Counted from the first letter of the stretch, positions 51,451 to 62,277 are shown. The stretch is 64,000 bases of DNA from Chloroflexota bacterium (GCA_027623675.1 JAQBVF010000008.1:53137-117136); one strand, 5' to 3'. Notes: generated from the letters alone by a model not told the origin. Numbers and translations: made by a program.

Positions 51451-52899
51451 CTAATAGACCGACGTGCCGGGACCCATGGCCTGCAGCTTGGACTTGATCG
51501 CCGCCAAGAACCCGCTGGCTTCCGCGCCGTCGTTGATGCGGTGGTCGAATGAGAGGCAGATGTTCATCATCGAACGGATGGCGATGGCATCGCCCGACTC
51601 CGAGGTGATGACGACGGCCCGCTTCTGGACGGTCTCGGTGGTGACGATGCCCGCCTGCGGGTAGTTGATGATTGGCCCGGAGATGTTTGAGCCCAACGCG
51701 CCGGTGTTGTTTAGGGTGAAGGTGCCGCCTTGAACATCGGCCAAGGTCAGCTTCTTGGTCCTGGCCCGGTCGGCCAGGTCTTTGGCGGCCGTTGCCAGTC
51801 CGGCGATGTTGAGATGGTCGGCGTTATGCAGCACCGGAACGATCAGCCCGTCGGGCGCGGCCACGGCCAGACCCAGGTTGACCCGGTTCTTGAGGACGAT
51901 CTTGTCGCCGCCCCAGGTTGCGTTCATGGTGGGCACTTCTTTCAGGGCTTCCACCACGGCTTTGATGACGAATGGCAGGTAGGTCAGGGCCACGCCCTCT
52001 TTACGCTCGAACTCGGCCCGGAGCGACGCGCGCAGGGCCACCAGGCCGGTCACGTCCACCTCAACCGAACTCCAGGCGTGGGGAATGCTACTTACGCTGC
52101 GCATCATGGCCTCGGCGATCATGCGCCGGACCGGGGTTACCGGAACGTGGGTTTCTTGTCCGTCGGCGGTCGTTTCGCCCTGCGGTTGGCGGCCGGGAGC
52201 GGAGGCCGGAGCGGAGTCAGGAGTAGAGGCCGCGCCGCTCTCGGCGAACTTGAGGACGTCGTCGCGGGTGATGCGCCCGCCGAGTCCGGTGCCTTGGATC
52301 TGGGACACGTCGATCGAGCGTTCTTGGGCCAGCCGCCGCACGGCTGGTGAAAGGCGGGTCTGACCGCCGTGGGCCGGCGCTGGCGACGTGCTCGCCCCAG
52401 GAGCGGCGGCGGCAGAGGCTGACACGGGTTTTGGGGCCGGCGGCGCTTGTCTGGCGGACCGTTGCGCGGGTTCGGCGTTCTCTACGGCCGATCCGCCGGT
52501 GGGGCCCACGGGAGTAACGTCTCGCATCAGATACCCGGTGGTGCTGGGAGCAGCTGGAGCGGCAGCCAGCGCGGGGGGCGGCTCGGCCTGGACCGGAGGC
52601 GCGGGAGGGGCTGCATCGATCTCGATGGCCGCCGTTGCGGGTTCGGCGCCTTCGGGGCTGTCGGCGGTGGCCACCTCGGCGATGACCGCGCCCATGGGCA
52701 GGGTTTCTCCTTCCTTGGCCAACAGCCGGACCAGTTTACCTTCAACGGGCGAAGGCACTTCCATGGTCACCTTGTCGGTGATGATCTCAACCAGGGGCTC
52801 GTAGCGTTTCACCGCGTCGCCGGGCTGCTTGAGCCATTTGCCGATGGTCCCTTCGACAACCGATTCGCCGACGTGGGGCAGTTCAATCATTATTGACAT
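51451..52899 (-). CDS. 2-oxoacid dehydrogenase E2 (dihydrolipoamide acyltransferase)
   Basis: TDKV lipoyl lysine, SPAVRRLA...GTGLGGRI subunit-binding domain, FDHRINDG. Confidence 0.95.
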   Translation of the reverse strand: MSIMIELPHVGESVVEGTIGKWLKQPGDAVKRYEPLVEIITDKVTMEVPSPVEGKLVRLLAKEGETLPMGAVIAEVATADSPEGAEPATAAIEIDAAPPAPPVQAEPPPALAAAPAAPSTTGYLMRDVTPVGPTGGSAVENAEPAQRSARQAPPAPKPVSASAAAAPGASTSPAPAHGGQTRLSPAVRRLAQERSIDVSQIQGTGLGGRITRDDVLKFAESGAASTPDSAPASAPGRQPQGETTADGQETHVPVTPVRRMIAEAMMRSVSSIPHAWSSVEVDVTGLVALRASLRAEFERKEGVALTYLPFVIKAVVEALKEVPTMNATWGGDKIVLKNRVNLGLAVAAPDGLIVPVLHNADHLNIAGLATAAKDLADRARTKKLTLADVQGGTFTLNNTGALGSNISGPIINYPQAGIVTTETVQKRAVVITSESGDAIAIRSMMNICLSFDHRINDGAEASGFLAAIKSKLQAMGPGTSVY

Positions 52900-52902
52900 A
52901 AC

Positions 52903-53886
52903 TTAGTACGCCGCCAGCTTGCGCAGACCGTCGGCAATCTTGTCGGCGGTGGGCATATAGGCGTCTTCCAGGCTCTGGGCGAAGGGCATTGTGGGCACGT
53001 CGGGCCCACAGATCCGCATGACCGGGCCATCCAGATATTCAAAGGCCTGACTAGCGGCCAGCGCGGCAATCTCGGCGCCAACCCCACCCGTGATGTTGTC
53101 TTCGTGCACCACGGCCAGCTTCCCGGTCTTCTTCACCGAGTCGAGGATGGTTTCCGTGTCCAGAGGAGTCAGCGTTCGGAGGTCCAACACCTCGACGTCG
53201 ATTCCCTGGGCGGCCAGTTCTTCGGCGGCTTCGAGACAATAGTGGAGGGTCAGCCCGTAGGAAACCACGGTGAGGTTGCTGCCCTGGCGTTTGATGTCGG
53301 CTTTGCCGATCGGCAGGGTGTATTCATCCTCGGGCACCTCGCCACGCACCAGCCGGTAGGTCTTCTTGTGCTCCAAGAACACCACCGGGTTGTTATCGCG
53401 GATGGCCGATTTCAGCAGGCCTTTGGCGTCGTAGGGCGTGCTGGGCGCGACCACCTTCAGCCCGGGCGTGTGGAAGAAATGGGTCTCCACGTTTTGCGAG
53501 TGGTACAGGCCGCCCCGGATGCCGCCGCCGTAGGGCATGCGGATCACCATGGGCACCGGCACCGCGCCGTTGGTTCCGTAGCAGGTGCGGGCCGCTTCGC
53601 CGATCAACTGGTTTACGGACGGCCAAACGAAGTCGGAGAACTGCACCTCGGGGATGGGCCGCATGCCTCGAAAAGCCGCGCCCAGGGCGATGCCCATGAT
53701 GGAGGCTTCGGCTAGGGGCGCGTCGATGACTCGGTCATTGCCGAATTGCTCGGCCAAACCCAGGGTCGCCAGGAACACCCCGCCCCGGATGCCCACGTCT
53801 TCGCCCAAGACAAACACCTTGGAATCCCGCTCCATCTCTTCGCGGATGGCGTCCCGGACGGCTTCAATCACGCTTTTATCGGCCAA
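52903..53886 (-). CDS. 2-oxoacid dehydrogenase E1 beta (branched-chain type likely)
   Basis: GEDVG..GGVF, EVQFSDF, YHSQ, FLEHK, DLRTL. Confidence 0.93.
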   Translation of the reverse strand: MADKSVIEAVRDAIREEMERDSKVFVLGEDVGIRGGVFLATLGLAEQFGNDRVIDAPLAEASIMGIALGAAFRGMRPIPEVQFSDFVWPSVNQLIGEAARTCYGTNGAVPVPMVIRMPYGGGIRGGLYHSQNVETHFFHTPGLKVVAPSTPYDAKGLLKSAIRDNNPVVFLEHKKTYRLVRGEVPEDEYTLPIGKADIKRQGSNLTVVSYGLTLHYCLEAAEELAAQGIDVEVLDLRTLTPLDTETILDSVKKTGKLAVVHEDNITGGVGAEIAALAASQAFEYLDGPVMRICGPDVPTMPFAQSLEDAYMPTADKIADGLRKLAAY

Positions 53887-53956
53887 GATGACTCCTAATC
53901 TGCTTCTACTCCGCTATGTCGGCCAGGATCGCTGCCAAGATGACCGCCAACCCGTC

Positions 53957-54997
53957 TTAGGGACTATAGACCGAATCGTGGAGATTGGACGCGTCGGGGG
54001 GGCTTGAAGCGTCGGCGATGTCCGTGGCTTCGTCGGTGGCTTGGAGGGCTTTCGCGGCGATCTCATCCACCTGCTTCTGGGTTAGGATGCCCTCTTCGAT
54101 CAGCATCCGGGCCAGCGTGATCACTGGGTCGCGTTCCCGTGCTTTCTCAACCTCACCCTCCGGCCGGTAGCGGCGGTCGTCGTCGTCGGTGGTGTGGGAC
54201 ATGAAACGCTCGACCATCATCTCCAAGAGCACCGGTCCCTGGGACCGCGCGTGGGTGATGGCCTCCCTGGTGGCCTCGTAGCATTGGATCAGGTCCATGC
54301 CGTCGACGGTAAACCCGGGGAAACCGTAGCTGGCGGCCCTGCTGGACACCTCGGCCACACCCATCTGGGAACTCTGCGGCGTGGAGATGGCGTACCGGTT
54401 GTTCTCGCAGATGAAGACCACGGGCACTTTGTGGATGGACGCGAAGTTCATGGCTTCGTGGACCTCGCCCTGGCTGGTGGCGCCGTCGCCGAAGTAGACC
54501 AAGACGACCGTGTTCTCGCCCAGCATGCGGCAGGCCAAGGCGTAACCCACCGACTGAGTTAGCCCGGCGGCGACCACGTTGGAGATCTGGATTATCTTGT
54601 GGGGCAGATCGGCGCCCTGGAGAGGGAATTGGCGGGCGTTGCTGTAGGGGTCGCCAGCCTTGCCCATGAAGGACATCATCACCTGCGCCGGAGACAGCCC
54701 GGCGGCTATCTTCAGGGCCAGGTCACGGTAGTAAGGGAACAAGAAGCAGCCGCCGTCTTTCTCGGCGGCCAGCAGACTGCCCAGTTGGGCTGCTTCATGG
54801 CCTTGGCTGGATGCGGAGATGGGTACCTTGCCCTGCCGGTTCAACGCCCAGATGCGCTCGTCTAAAGATCGGGCCTGGACCATCCTGCCGTAGAAGTCCA
54901 CCAGGTCGGCTTTCTTGAGGCCCTTGGGAAGCGGGGCTTGGGAACCCGCAGCGGTGGCGCTGGCGGCCTGGGCGCGAGTCGTCCGCTTGCTAGGCAT
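53957..54997 (-). CDS. 2-oxoacid dehydrogenase E1 alpha (branched-chain type likely)
   Basis: GHEAAQ, PYYRD, GDGATSQG...ENNRYAIS, HTTDDD..YR; GGGGGAG RBS before ATG 54997. Confidence 0.93.
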   Translation of the reverse strand: MPSKRTTRAQAASATAAGSQAPLPKGLKKADLVDFYGRMVQARSLDERIWALNRQGKVPISASSQGHEAAQLGSLLAAEKDGGCFLFPYYRDLALKIAAGLSPAQVMMSFMGKAGDPYSNARQFPLQGADLPHKIIQISNVVAAGLTQSVGYALACRMLGENTVVLVYFGDGATSQGEVHEAMNFASIHKVPVVFICENNRYAISTPQSSQMGVAEVSSRAASYGFPGFTVDGMDLIQCYEATREAITHARSQGPVLLEMMVERFMSHTTDDDDRRYRPEGEVEKARERDPVITLARMLIEEGILTQKQVDEIAAKALQATDEATDIADASSPPDASNLHDSVYSP

Positions 54998-55369
54998 TAC
55001 TGCTCCCCCGGTCCAAGACGGCCCTGCCGCCCCGGAAAGAAAAATAGAATGGGGCTGCCAAACAGCCCCCGGTTGTTGTCGCCTGGGCGGCGCGGGTCCC
55101 GATGCTTGCCCCGCCGGTGATTGTCCCACCGGTGAGTGGCCCGGAAGACCCGCCCGCATGCGTGCCTGTTCGATCCTCCGATTATATATGGAGCAAGAAG
55201 GCACGGCAAATCTTATTCAAAGCTGTTTTGTGGGTCAGTCTTAACCGGCTATCACCGGGCGGATGGGGTTGTCCGGACCGGCCGGCCGATTTTTATATAC
55301 CCGCCAAATTTGGTCGATTTGAGGCAAAAACCTTAAACTAATAAAAAACCAAATTGCTCCGATTCAGCA

Positions 55370-55399
55370 TTGACATTCTCTCAAATAAGTTGCTAGTGT
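55370..55399 (+). promoter_or_regulatory. Putative sigma70 promoter upstream of dnaA
   Basis: TTGACA-N18-TAGTGT with a TG extension, preceded by an A-rich UP-like tract. Confidence 0.5.
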
Positions 55400-55782
55400 C
55401 CCCCTATCGCAGGTGACAATGTTAAATCTTTGGTCCGCCTGGGCCGAAGCAAAAGATACCGGTGCTGGGACCTAGTTCCAAATCCCACCCGGCCATGATG
55501 ACGGTCACTGCAGCAGGTGGCCGGTAGATAACTGGAAAAACCTTTCTGCGGGACGGGCCTTACTAAGGTCCGGCCGTTACCCCAAGTACCCGATCAGGGC
55601 TGTCGATTTTCTTAAAGGGCGTATATGTCCCAGTATTCCTATCGCCTTTTTTGAAGGACGGTAGACATAACGGCGGCTGAAAATGAGGGTACGGCGGGCG
55701 GTTTTCAGGCGCCGGGTCCAGCGGAAAATTTCGGAGAGTGAGGGGAGAGCGTGGGAGCTGCAACTGGAGCGGGAGCAGGCTC

Positions 55783-57180
55783 ATGATTGAGTCTACAGCC
55801 CGTGAGGTATGGCGGGCAGTGTTGGGAGATCTCCAGTTGCAGCTCCCACGCCCCACCTTCGAAACTTGGCTTAAACCCACCGACGGCGTGGCCCACGACG
55901 ACCACACGTTCGTGGTCGAGGCGCCTAATTCCTTCGCCGTCGAATGGTTGGAACGCCGCATGTACCAGGCTCTCCAAAAGACCCTGCAGAAGGTCTCCGG
56001 CCGGGAGTTTGAGCTGCAGTTGCGGGTCAAGAGCCAGGGAGATTTCTACGCCGTGGAACCGGCGGTTAGCCAGCCGGGCGCCGGTGAGACAGCCTCAGGT
56101 CAGGTTGCCTCCAGGGCCAACCGGTCGGTCAACGCCGCTCCCACCGCGCCGCCGCTGTTCGAGATGCGGTCCTTCAACCCTCGCTACTCCTTTGACACGT
56201 TCGTTGCCGGGCCGTCCAACCGGCTGGCGCTCAGCGCATCCCAAGCGGTGGCTGAGGCTCCGGGCCAGACCTACAACCCGCTGTACCTGCACTCGGGCGC
56301 CGGCCTGGGCAAGACCCATCTGCTGCAGGCCATCGGCAAGAACTGCGCCAGCCGGGGCATGTCGGTGCTCTACGTGACCTCCGAGCAGTTCACCAACGAG
56401 TTCGTATCGGCCATCCGCACCAAGACCACCGAAGAATTCCGCCGCCGCTACCGCTCGGTGCAGGTGCTGCTGATGGACGATTTCCAGTTCCTGAGCGGGA
56501 AGGAACAGACCCACGAGGGTTTCTTCCATACCTTTAACGAGCTGCATAACTCGGGGAACCAGGTGGTCATATCATCGGACCGGGCGCCCAAGGACCTGGC
56601 GTTGACCGAAGACCGTCTCCGCTCCCGGTTCGAGTGGGGCCTCATCGCCGACATCCAACCTCCAGACCTGGAAACGCGCATGGCCATCCTGTCCAACAAG
56701 GCCGATCAGATGCGGGTCTCGCTGGAGGAGAGCGTGATCGAGCTGATCGCAAAGCGGGTCCACCGCAACGTGAGGGAGCTTGAGGGCAGCCTGAACCGAA
56801 TGGTGGCCTTCTCCCAACTGATGAATGTGAACATCACCCTGGAAACGACCCTGCAGATCCTGAACGAAATGGCCCCGGAGGCTTCGGCCCGGTCGCTGGA
56901 CCCGCAGCGGATCTTCGAGCAGGTGGCCATCTTCTACGCCCTGACCGTCCAGGACCTGATGTCCAAGAACCGCACCAAGAAGATCGCCCTGGCCCGGCAG
57001 GTTGCCATGTACCTGCTGATCTACGAGCTGGAGCTTTCTCCCACCCAGGTGGGGCGGCTGCTGGGTGGCCGCGACCACTCCACGGTAATCTACGGTGCCG
57101 GCAAGATCAACGGGGAGGTCGCCGAGAACGACCAACTTCGTCAGGACGTCCTGGCCATCAAGGAAGCGATCTTCGCCTAA
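55783..57180 (+). CDS. dnaA: Chromosomal replication initiator DnaA
   Basis: FETWL, YNPLYL.SGAGLGKTHL, DDFQFL, RLRSRFEWGL, NVRELEG, GGRDHSTV. Confidence 0.97.
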   Translation: MIESTAREVWRAVLGDLQLQLPRPTFETWLKPTDGVAHDDHTFVVEAPNSFAVEWLERRMYQALQKTLQKVSGREFELQLRVKSQGDFYAVEPAVSQPGAGETASGQVASRANRSVNAAPTAPPLFEMRSFNPRYSFDTFVAGPSNRLALSASQAVAEAPGQTYNPLYLHSGAGLGKTHLLQAIGKNCASRGMSVLYVTSEQFTNEFVSAIRTKTTEEFRRRYRSVQVLLMDDFQFLSGKEQTHEGFFHTFNELHNSGNQVVISSDRAPKDLALTEDRLRSRFEWGLIADIQPPDLETRMAILSNKADQMRVSLEESVIELIAKRVHRNVRELEGSLNRMVAFSQLMNVNITLETTLQILNEMAPEASARSLDPQRIFEQVAIFYALTVQDLMSKNRTKKIALARQVAMYLLIYELELSPTQVGRLLGGRDHSTVIYGAGKINGEVAENDQLRQDVLAIKEAIFA

Positions 57181-57433
57181 CGCCAGGCTGAGCGTGGACG
57201 TAAAGACCTCCGGCGGACCGGGAATCGGTTGGTTGGACGGTGGCAAATCCCCCTAACTCCCCCTTTACGACAGGGGGCTTTTTGATTTTATGCGGCATCC
57301 GGTATTGGCCGCCGCTTCCACGCTCGGTCCGTTCTGCCGGTCGCAAATGGGGCCCAGGGGAGTTTGCCGAGCGCCGCGAATCATCGGTCCTGCCCCTGCT
57401 GCCGTGCGGCAACTTCAGGTACAATATCCCGGT

Positions 57434-58627
57434 ATGAATGACCTGAAATCACACGCAATCATCAAGACCCACGAACTGGCTTTGAAGGGCAAGAACCGTC
57501 CGTGGTTCATGCGTAAACTAACCGACAACCTGCGCACCGCCACCAAGGGAGCCGGTGTGGAGCGCGTTTGGCAGGGCCAATTGATGGTTGGGCTGACCCT
57601 TTCCAGCGAGGAATGCTGGCCGGAGGTCGAGTCGCGGGTCAAAGAAGTTTTTGGCGTGGCCAAGTTCTACAAAGCCTACGAATTGCCCTCAGACCTGGAC
57701 GGGCTCAAGGCTAGGATTCCCCAACTTCTGGAGGGCCGCAGCTTCGAGTCGTTCCGCATCACCACCAACCGGGCGGACAAGCGGTTCCCCATGACCTCGG
57801 AGGAGGTGAACCGGGAACTGGGCGCTTTCGTGAAAGACCTAACCAACGCCCAGGTGAAGCTAAACGGTTCCGATGTCAACATCTTCGTGGACATCCAAGC
57901 CCACGGTTTCCTGATTTATTTCGACGAGGTCAAAGCCCACGGCGGGCTGCCGGTGGGCGTCAGCGGCAAGGTGGCAGTGATGCTGTCGGGCGGGATTGAC
58001 TCGCCGGTAGCGGCCTGGCAGATGATGAAACGCGGCTGTCAGGCGATGTTCGTCCACTTCCACAGCTATCCGCTGGTGGACCGGACCTCCATAGAGAAGG
58101 CCGGCGACTTGGTCCAGCACCTGACCCGGCACCAATACGAGTCCAACCTGTTTCTGGCGCCCCTTGCGGAGATTCAGAAGCAGATAATCCTATCGTGCCC
58201 GCCTTCCTACCGGATCGTGCTCTACCGGCGGTTCATGGTGCGGATCACCGAGGCCCTAGCCAGGCGGAACCGGGCCAAGGCGATCGTCACGGGTGAAAGC
58301 TGCGGACAGGTCAGCTCCCAAACGCTGGAGAACATCGCGGTGGTGGACCACGTGGCCGGCATGCCCATCCTTCGCCCGCTGATCGGCGCCAACAAAGAAG
58401 AGATAGTGGACGCGGCCCTGAAGATAGGCACCTTCGCCACATCCATCCTCCCCGATCAGGACTGCTGCACCCTGTTCGTCCCCAAGCACCCTGAGACCAA
58501 GGCCGACCTGGAGACCGTGCTCCGGCTGGAAGAGGCCCTGGCGGTTGATGATCTGGTCAAAAACGCCCTTGATAACACCGAGCGTAGCCACTTTGCCTCT
58601 CCGGAGGCCGCCGCGCTGGCGCTATAG
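57434..58627 (+). CDS. thiI: tRNA 4-thiouridine synthase ThiI (THUMP plus PP-loop, no rhodanese domain)
   Basis: ELALKGKNR, GGLPVG, SGGIDSPVA, GQVSSQT, DCC. Confidence 0.93.
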   Translation: MNDLKSHAIIKTHELALKGKNRPWFMRKLTDNLRTATKGAGVERVWQGQLMVGLTLSSEECWPEVESRVKEVFGVAKFYKAYELPSDLDGLKARIPQLLEGRSFESFRITTNRADKRFPMTSEEVNRELGAFVKDLTNAQVKLNGSDVNIFVDIQAHGFLIYFDEVKAHGGLPVGVSGKVAVMLSGGIDSPVAAWQMMKRGCQAMFVHFHSYPLVDRTSIEKAGDLVQHLTRHQYESNLFLAPLAEIQKQIILSCPPSYRIVLYRRFMVRITEALARRNRAKAIVTGESCGQVSSQTLENIAVVDHVAGMPILRPLIGANKEEIVDAALKIGTFATSILPDQDCCTLFVPKHPETKADLETVLRLEEALAVDDLVKNALDNTERSHFASPEAAALAL

Positions 58628-58629
58628 CC

Positions 58630-59706
58630 ATGGCCCAGACGACCGGTTCGGGTCCTCCGGCGGTGGCCCAATCCCGCCGTAACCAGGTCTTAACCCGCGT
58701 TCTGAAAGGCGTCTCCCGTTCCTTCTACCTGACCCTCCGCGTTCTGCCCAAAGCCCTTCGAGAACCCATCGGATTGGCTTATCTGCTGGCCCGCGCCGCC
58801 GACACCATCGCCGACACCAAGGCCGTGCCCGCCGGTCAACGAATGGAACGCTTGTCGAGCCTGCGGCAACAGGTGCGAGGACCAGCCGACACAGACGTAT
58901 TGTCGGGCATAGTTTCCCAGGTCATGGCAGGGAGCCCCAGCGAGAAAGAGCTGGCGATGTTTGCCTCGTTGGCCGAAACGTTCTCCCTGCTCGAGTCCCT
59001 GGCGGCGGCCGACCTGGAGCAGGTCCGGCAGGTGGTCGTCATGCTCAGCCAAGGCATGGAGATGGACCTGAGCGCCTTTCCCGCTGAAGACTCGGGAGAG
59101 GTGGCGGCCCTGGCTTCCGCGGCCGATCTCGACCGCTACACCTACCTGGTGGCAGGTTGCGTCGGCGAGTTCTGGACCAGAGTATCCGCCGCTCATCAAG
59201 CTAGTCTGAAGGACTGGAACGTGGGGCGTATGAGCGAGACCGGCGTTCGGTTCGGCAAGGCGTTGCAGTTGACCAATGTGCTGCGAGACCTGCCCCGAGA
59301 CCTGCGCCTGGGCCGGTGCTATCTGCCCGCCGACGAACTGGCTGTGGTGGGGCTAACTCCCCGAGACCTGCTCGATCCGGCGAACGAAGGCCGCGTCAGG
59401 CCTGTTCTGGCCGCATGGGTTCGAACGGCATTGGGTCATTTTGGCGCCGCCGAGGAGTACCTTCTAGCCATACCACGGCGCTCGGTCCGGTTACGGCTGG
59501 CCTGCTTGTGGCCGCTGCTATTGGGCCTGGGAACCCTGGGTCGGGCCGCCCGAAACGGCGCCTGGCTGGACCCCGGTTCCACGGCCAAGGTCGACCGCGG
59601 ATGGGTCTACGGCATGATGGCCATGTCCATCCCGGCCGTCTGGTCGGACACCCTGCTAAGGCTTTGGACCAGACGATTGCGCCGTCAGGTGGAGAACAGC
59701 ATCTAG
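58630..59706 (+). CDS. Squalene/phytoene synthase family protein
   Basis: VSRSF, RAADTIAD, YTYLVAGCVG, LQLTNVLRD...D...GRCYLP. Confidence 0.9.
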   Translation: MAQTTGSGPPAVAQSRRNQVLTRVLKGVSRSFYLTLRVLPKALREPIGLAYLLARAADTIADTKAVPAGQRMERLSSLRQQVRGPADTDVLSGIVSQVMAGSPSEKELAMFASLAETFSLLESLAAADLEQVRQVVVMLSQGMEMDLSAFPAEDSGEVAALASAADLDRYTYLVAGCVGEFWTRVSAAHQASLKDWNVGRMSETGVRFGKALQLTNVLRDLPRDLRLGRCYLPADELAVVGLTPRDLLDPANEGRVRPVLAAWVRTALGHFGAAEEYLLAIPRRSVRLRLACLWPLLLGLGTLGRAARNGAWLDPGSTAKVDRGWVYGMMAMSIPAVWSDTLLRLWTRRLRRQVENSI

Positions 59707-61016
59707 GACGCGTGCCTCGACACCGGCGGTCTCGATGTGTTCACCACCACCGCGCCGGCAAAACCCAGCGCGGAAAACGTCAGAAACGCGATCACGTAGC
59801 TTCCGCTCAGGTCGAATACCAGACCGGAAAACAAGGCGCCGAAGGTCTGCCCGACCTGCACCCCGGTTTCGCTCACCCCCCTGATGCTTCCGATGGACCG
59901 GCGGCCGAAATACGACGCAAAGGCAACCGGGGGTATGACGTTGCCGCCGGCGCCGACTATCCCCAACAGTGCGGCGACGGCGAAGGCGGTCGGGACCGAG
60001 TCCACGGACAGCAACGCCAGGGAGCACACGCCGCTGATCAGCATCAGTCCGGTCATCGCCCACCGTACGGCTGTTCTCTCCACGATCACACCCCAGGCCA
60101 GGCTGGCGACCGCGTTCATGATGGCGTTGACGGTGATCGCCATTGCCGCCGCGGTCAGGGTGAGTCCGCGGTCGAGAAAGAATGCGCCGACATGCACCGA
60201 GATGCCGGCCTGCACCATGAATAGCGTTCCCACCACGAAGGTCAGGACCCACAGCGACCGCGTTCCCATCGCATCCCGAAGCGACCAATCGATCTCAGCC
60301 GAGTCAATTTCGGCCGGGTTGATAACAGGCTCTTCCGGTAGGCCGTTTGGCCGGTCGTCGCTGGCCCGGTTCGGGTCATTGTCGGGGCGGAGACAGATAT
60401 CTTCCGGCCTTTCAACGATGAACAACGCGGAAGGCAACACGGCGATGGCCAGCACCAATACGCCAAGGGTGATCCACGCGGCGCTGATGCTCCAATGGGA
60501 TATGGCTAGGGAGGCGGTTTGGATGGTCACGACGCCTCCGATCGCTCCGGCCAGATAGATGACGCCAACGGCCCTGCCCCTCTTTCTGATGAACCATCTG
60601 GAGATCAAAGCCCCGCTGCCGATCTGCACTGGAACGTGGAATATGATCCTCCCTGTGGCGAATCCCATGTAGAAGAAGACCGGCACGGTCGCCCAGGCCA
60701 GGGAGATCATGGCCACGCCCAGGACGACCATGCTGCCGGTCAATATCAACCGGGCGCCGTACCGGTCCACGGCCATCCCCACGATGGGAGAGATGAAGAT
60801 GGAAGACAATGCCCCCACGCTAACCGCTCCGGCGATGAGGGTCCTGCTCCAGCCGAACTCGTCGGCCAGGGGCGATACGAATACCGCCAGCGTGGTGGTG
60901 GATGGGGCCATTCTGGCGAACACGGTGGTGCCGGCCGCGAAAACCACCACCCAGCCGTAATAGAAGGGTAAGCGCGCGCTGAGTTTTTTCGCGATCGCCA
61001 GAGAGAGGTTGTTCAT
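59703..61016 (-). CDS. MFS transporter
   Basis: About 12 TM segments, GMAVDRYGAR, YFGRRSIGSIRG. Confidence 0.9.
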   Translation of the reverse strand: MNNLSLAIAKKLSARLPFYYGWVVVFAAGTTVFARMAPSTTTLAVFVSPLADEFGWSRTLIAGAVSVGALSSIFISPIVGMAVDRYGARLILTGSMVVLGVAMISLAWATVPVFFYMGFATGRIIFHVPVQIGSGALISRWFIRKRGRAVGVIYLAGAIGGVVTIQTASLAISHWSISAAWITLGVLVLAIAVLPSALFIVERPEDICLRPDNDPNRASDDRPNGLPEEPVINPAEIDSAEIDWSLRDAMGTRSLWVLTFVVGTLFMVQAGISVHVGAFFLDRGLTLTAAAMAITVNAIMNAVASLAWGVIVERTAVRWAMTGLMLISGVCSLALLSVDSVPTAFAVAALLGIVGAGGNVIPPVAFASYFGRRSIGSIRGVSETGVQVGQTFGALFSGLVFDLSGSYVIAFLTFSALGFAGAVVVNTSRPPVSRHAS

Positions 61017-61224
61017 TGCCGGTTAGTAGAGACGGTTGATGTCTTGGACAATGGTCTAGTTATGCGGGCATCCGGTCGAAGCATTACGACGGGCATGGGC
61101 CGAAGATGGGGAACCTGGAGGATTGTACACAATCATCGCCATCGGTTAGCCGTGGGTGTAGTATTACCGGGTCGATTTTTGACGCGGGGCCGGCGCCCCC
61201 CCAAGAATCTCACTGGAGCTTTTG

Positions 61225-62277
61225 ATGGAGTTCGGATTGTTCGTTGAGTTTCCCTCGTATGAAGGGACGACTCAGGCGCAGATCTTCAAAGATTCGATGC
61301 AGCTTATCGATGCGGCGGAAGAATCGGGGTCCGAGGGGGTCTGGCTGGCCGAGTACCATTTCGATGCGGGCCGCTCGGTGCTGTCGGCGCCGGTAACAGT
61401 GGCGGGGGCCGTCGCCGCCCGCACGAAACGGGTCAAGATCGGGCTGGCGGTCCACGTTCTGCCGCTGCGGAACCCGGTGCAGGTCGCCGAAGAGATCGCC
61501 ACCCTTGACCATCTGAGCGAAGGACGGTTGGATTTCGGGATCGGCCGCTCCGCCATTCCCAGCATCTACCAAGGCTACGGCTTCAACTACGCTGAGAGCT
61601 GGGACCGGTTCGACGAATGTCTCGAGATCATACTCAAATGCTGGACCGCCGAACGTTTCTCGTTCAGCGGCAAGTTCTACCAGTACGACGACCTTTGCGT
61701 GGTGCCCAAGCCTTTGCAGAAGCCCCATCCGCCGATCCGGGTGGGCGCAACCTCTGCCGACACATTCGAATTGGTGGGCAGGATGGGCTATCCAATCTTC
61801 ATTAATCCATCCAGGGTTACATCGCTTTTGGACTTGAAACCCATGATCGCCGAGTTTCACCAAGCCCGGAAGAAAGCGGGTCATACCGGGAAGGTGGATG
61901 TGGGCCTGCGCGTGCCGGTATACGTGGCCAAGACTGAGGCCAAGGCCCACTCCGAACCCAAAGAGAGCACCATGTTCCAGATGCAGCGGTTGGTTGATGT
62001 GGTCACCAAGTCCATCGGCCAGAAGGGCATCTCGGCGGGTGACGACCGGTCGGCCCAGGCCAAGCGTCTGGCCGCCATGACCTATGAGGACGTGATGGAC
62101 AATACCGTGGTCTACGGCACTCCCGACTCGGTGGTCGCGCGGTTGCAGGAGCTCCAAGAGGAGTTGGGCCTAACGCAGATCATCTACGAGGTTAATTTCG
62201 GTTGCAGCGTACCCCTGGAACACCAGATAAAATCGGTGCAATTGTTGAATGAGAAAGTGGTCCCCAGATTCAAGTAG
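61225..62277 (+). CDS. LLM-class flavin-dependent oxidoreductase (paralog of 29194-30237)
   Basis: MEFG, WLAEYHF, VAEEIATLD, PKPLQKPHPP. Confidence 0.92.
   Translation: MEFGLFVEFPSYEGTTQAQIFKDSMQLIDAAEESGSEGVWLAEYHFDAGRSVLSAPVTVAGAVAARTKRVKIGLAVHVLPLRNPVQVAEEIATLDHLSEGRLDFGIGRSAIPSIYQGYGFNYAESWDRFDECLEIILKCWTAERFSFSGKFYQYDDLCVVPKPLQKPHPPIRVGATSADTFELVGRMGYPIFINPSRVTSLLDLKPMIAEFHQARKKAGHTGKVDVGLRVPVYVAKTEAKAHSEPKESTMFQMQRLVDVVTKSIGQKGISAGDDRSAQAKRLAAMTYEDVMDNTVVYGTPDSVVARLQELQEELGLTQIIYEVNFGCSVPLEHQIKSVQLLNEKVVPRFK

Noticed and set aside
57245..57285. CCCCCT...AGGGGG hairpin after dnaA, and similar G/C-run motifs near 13520 and 43835, as a second mobile repeat family
   Set aside because: Too short and degenerate to define a family here; the dnaA one may simply be a terminator.
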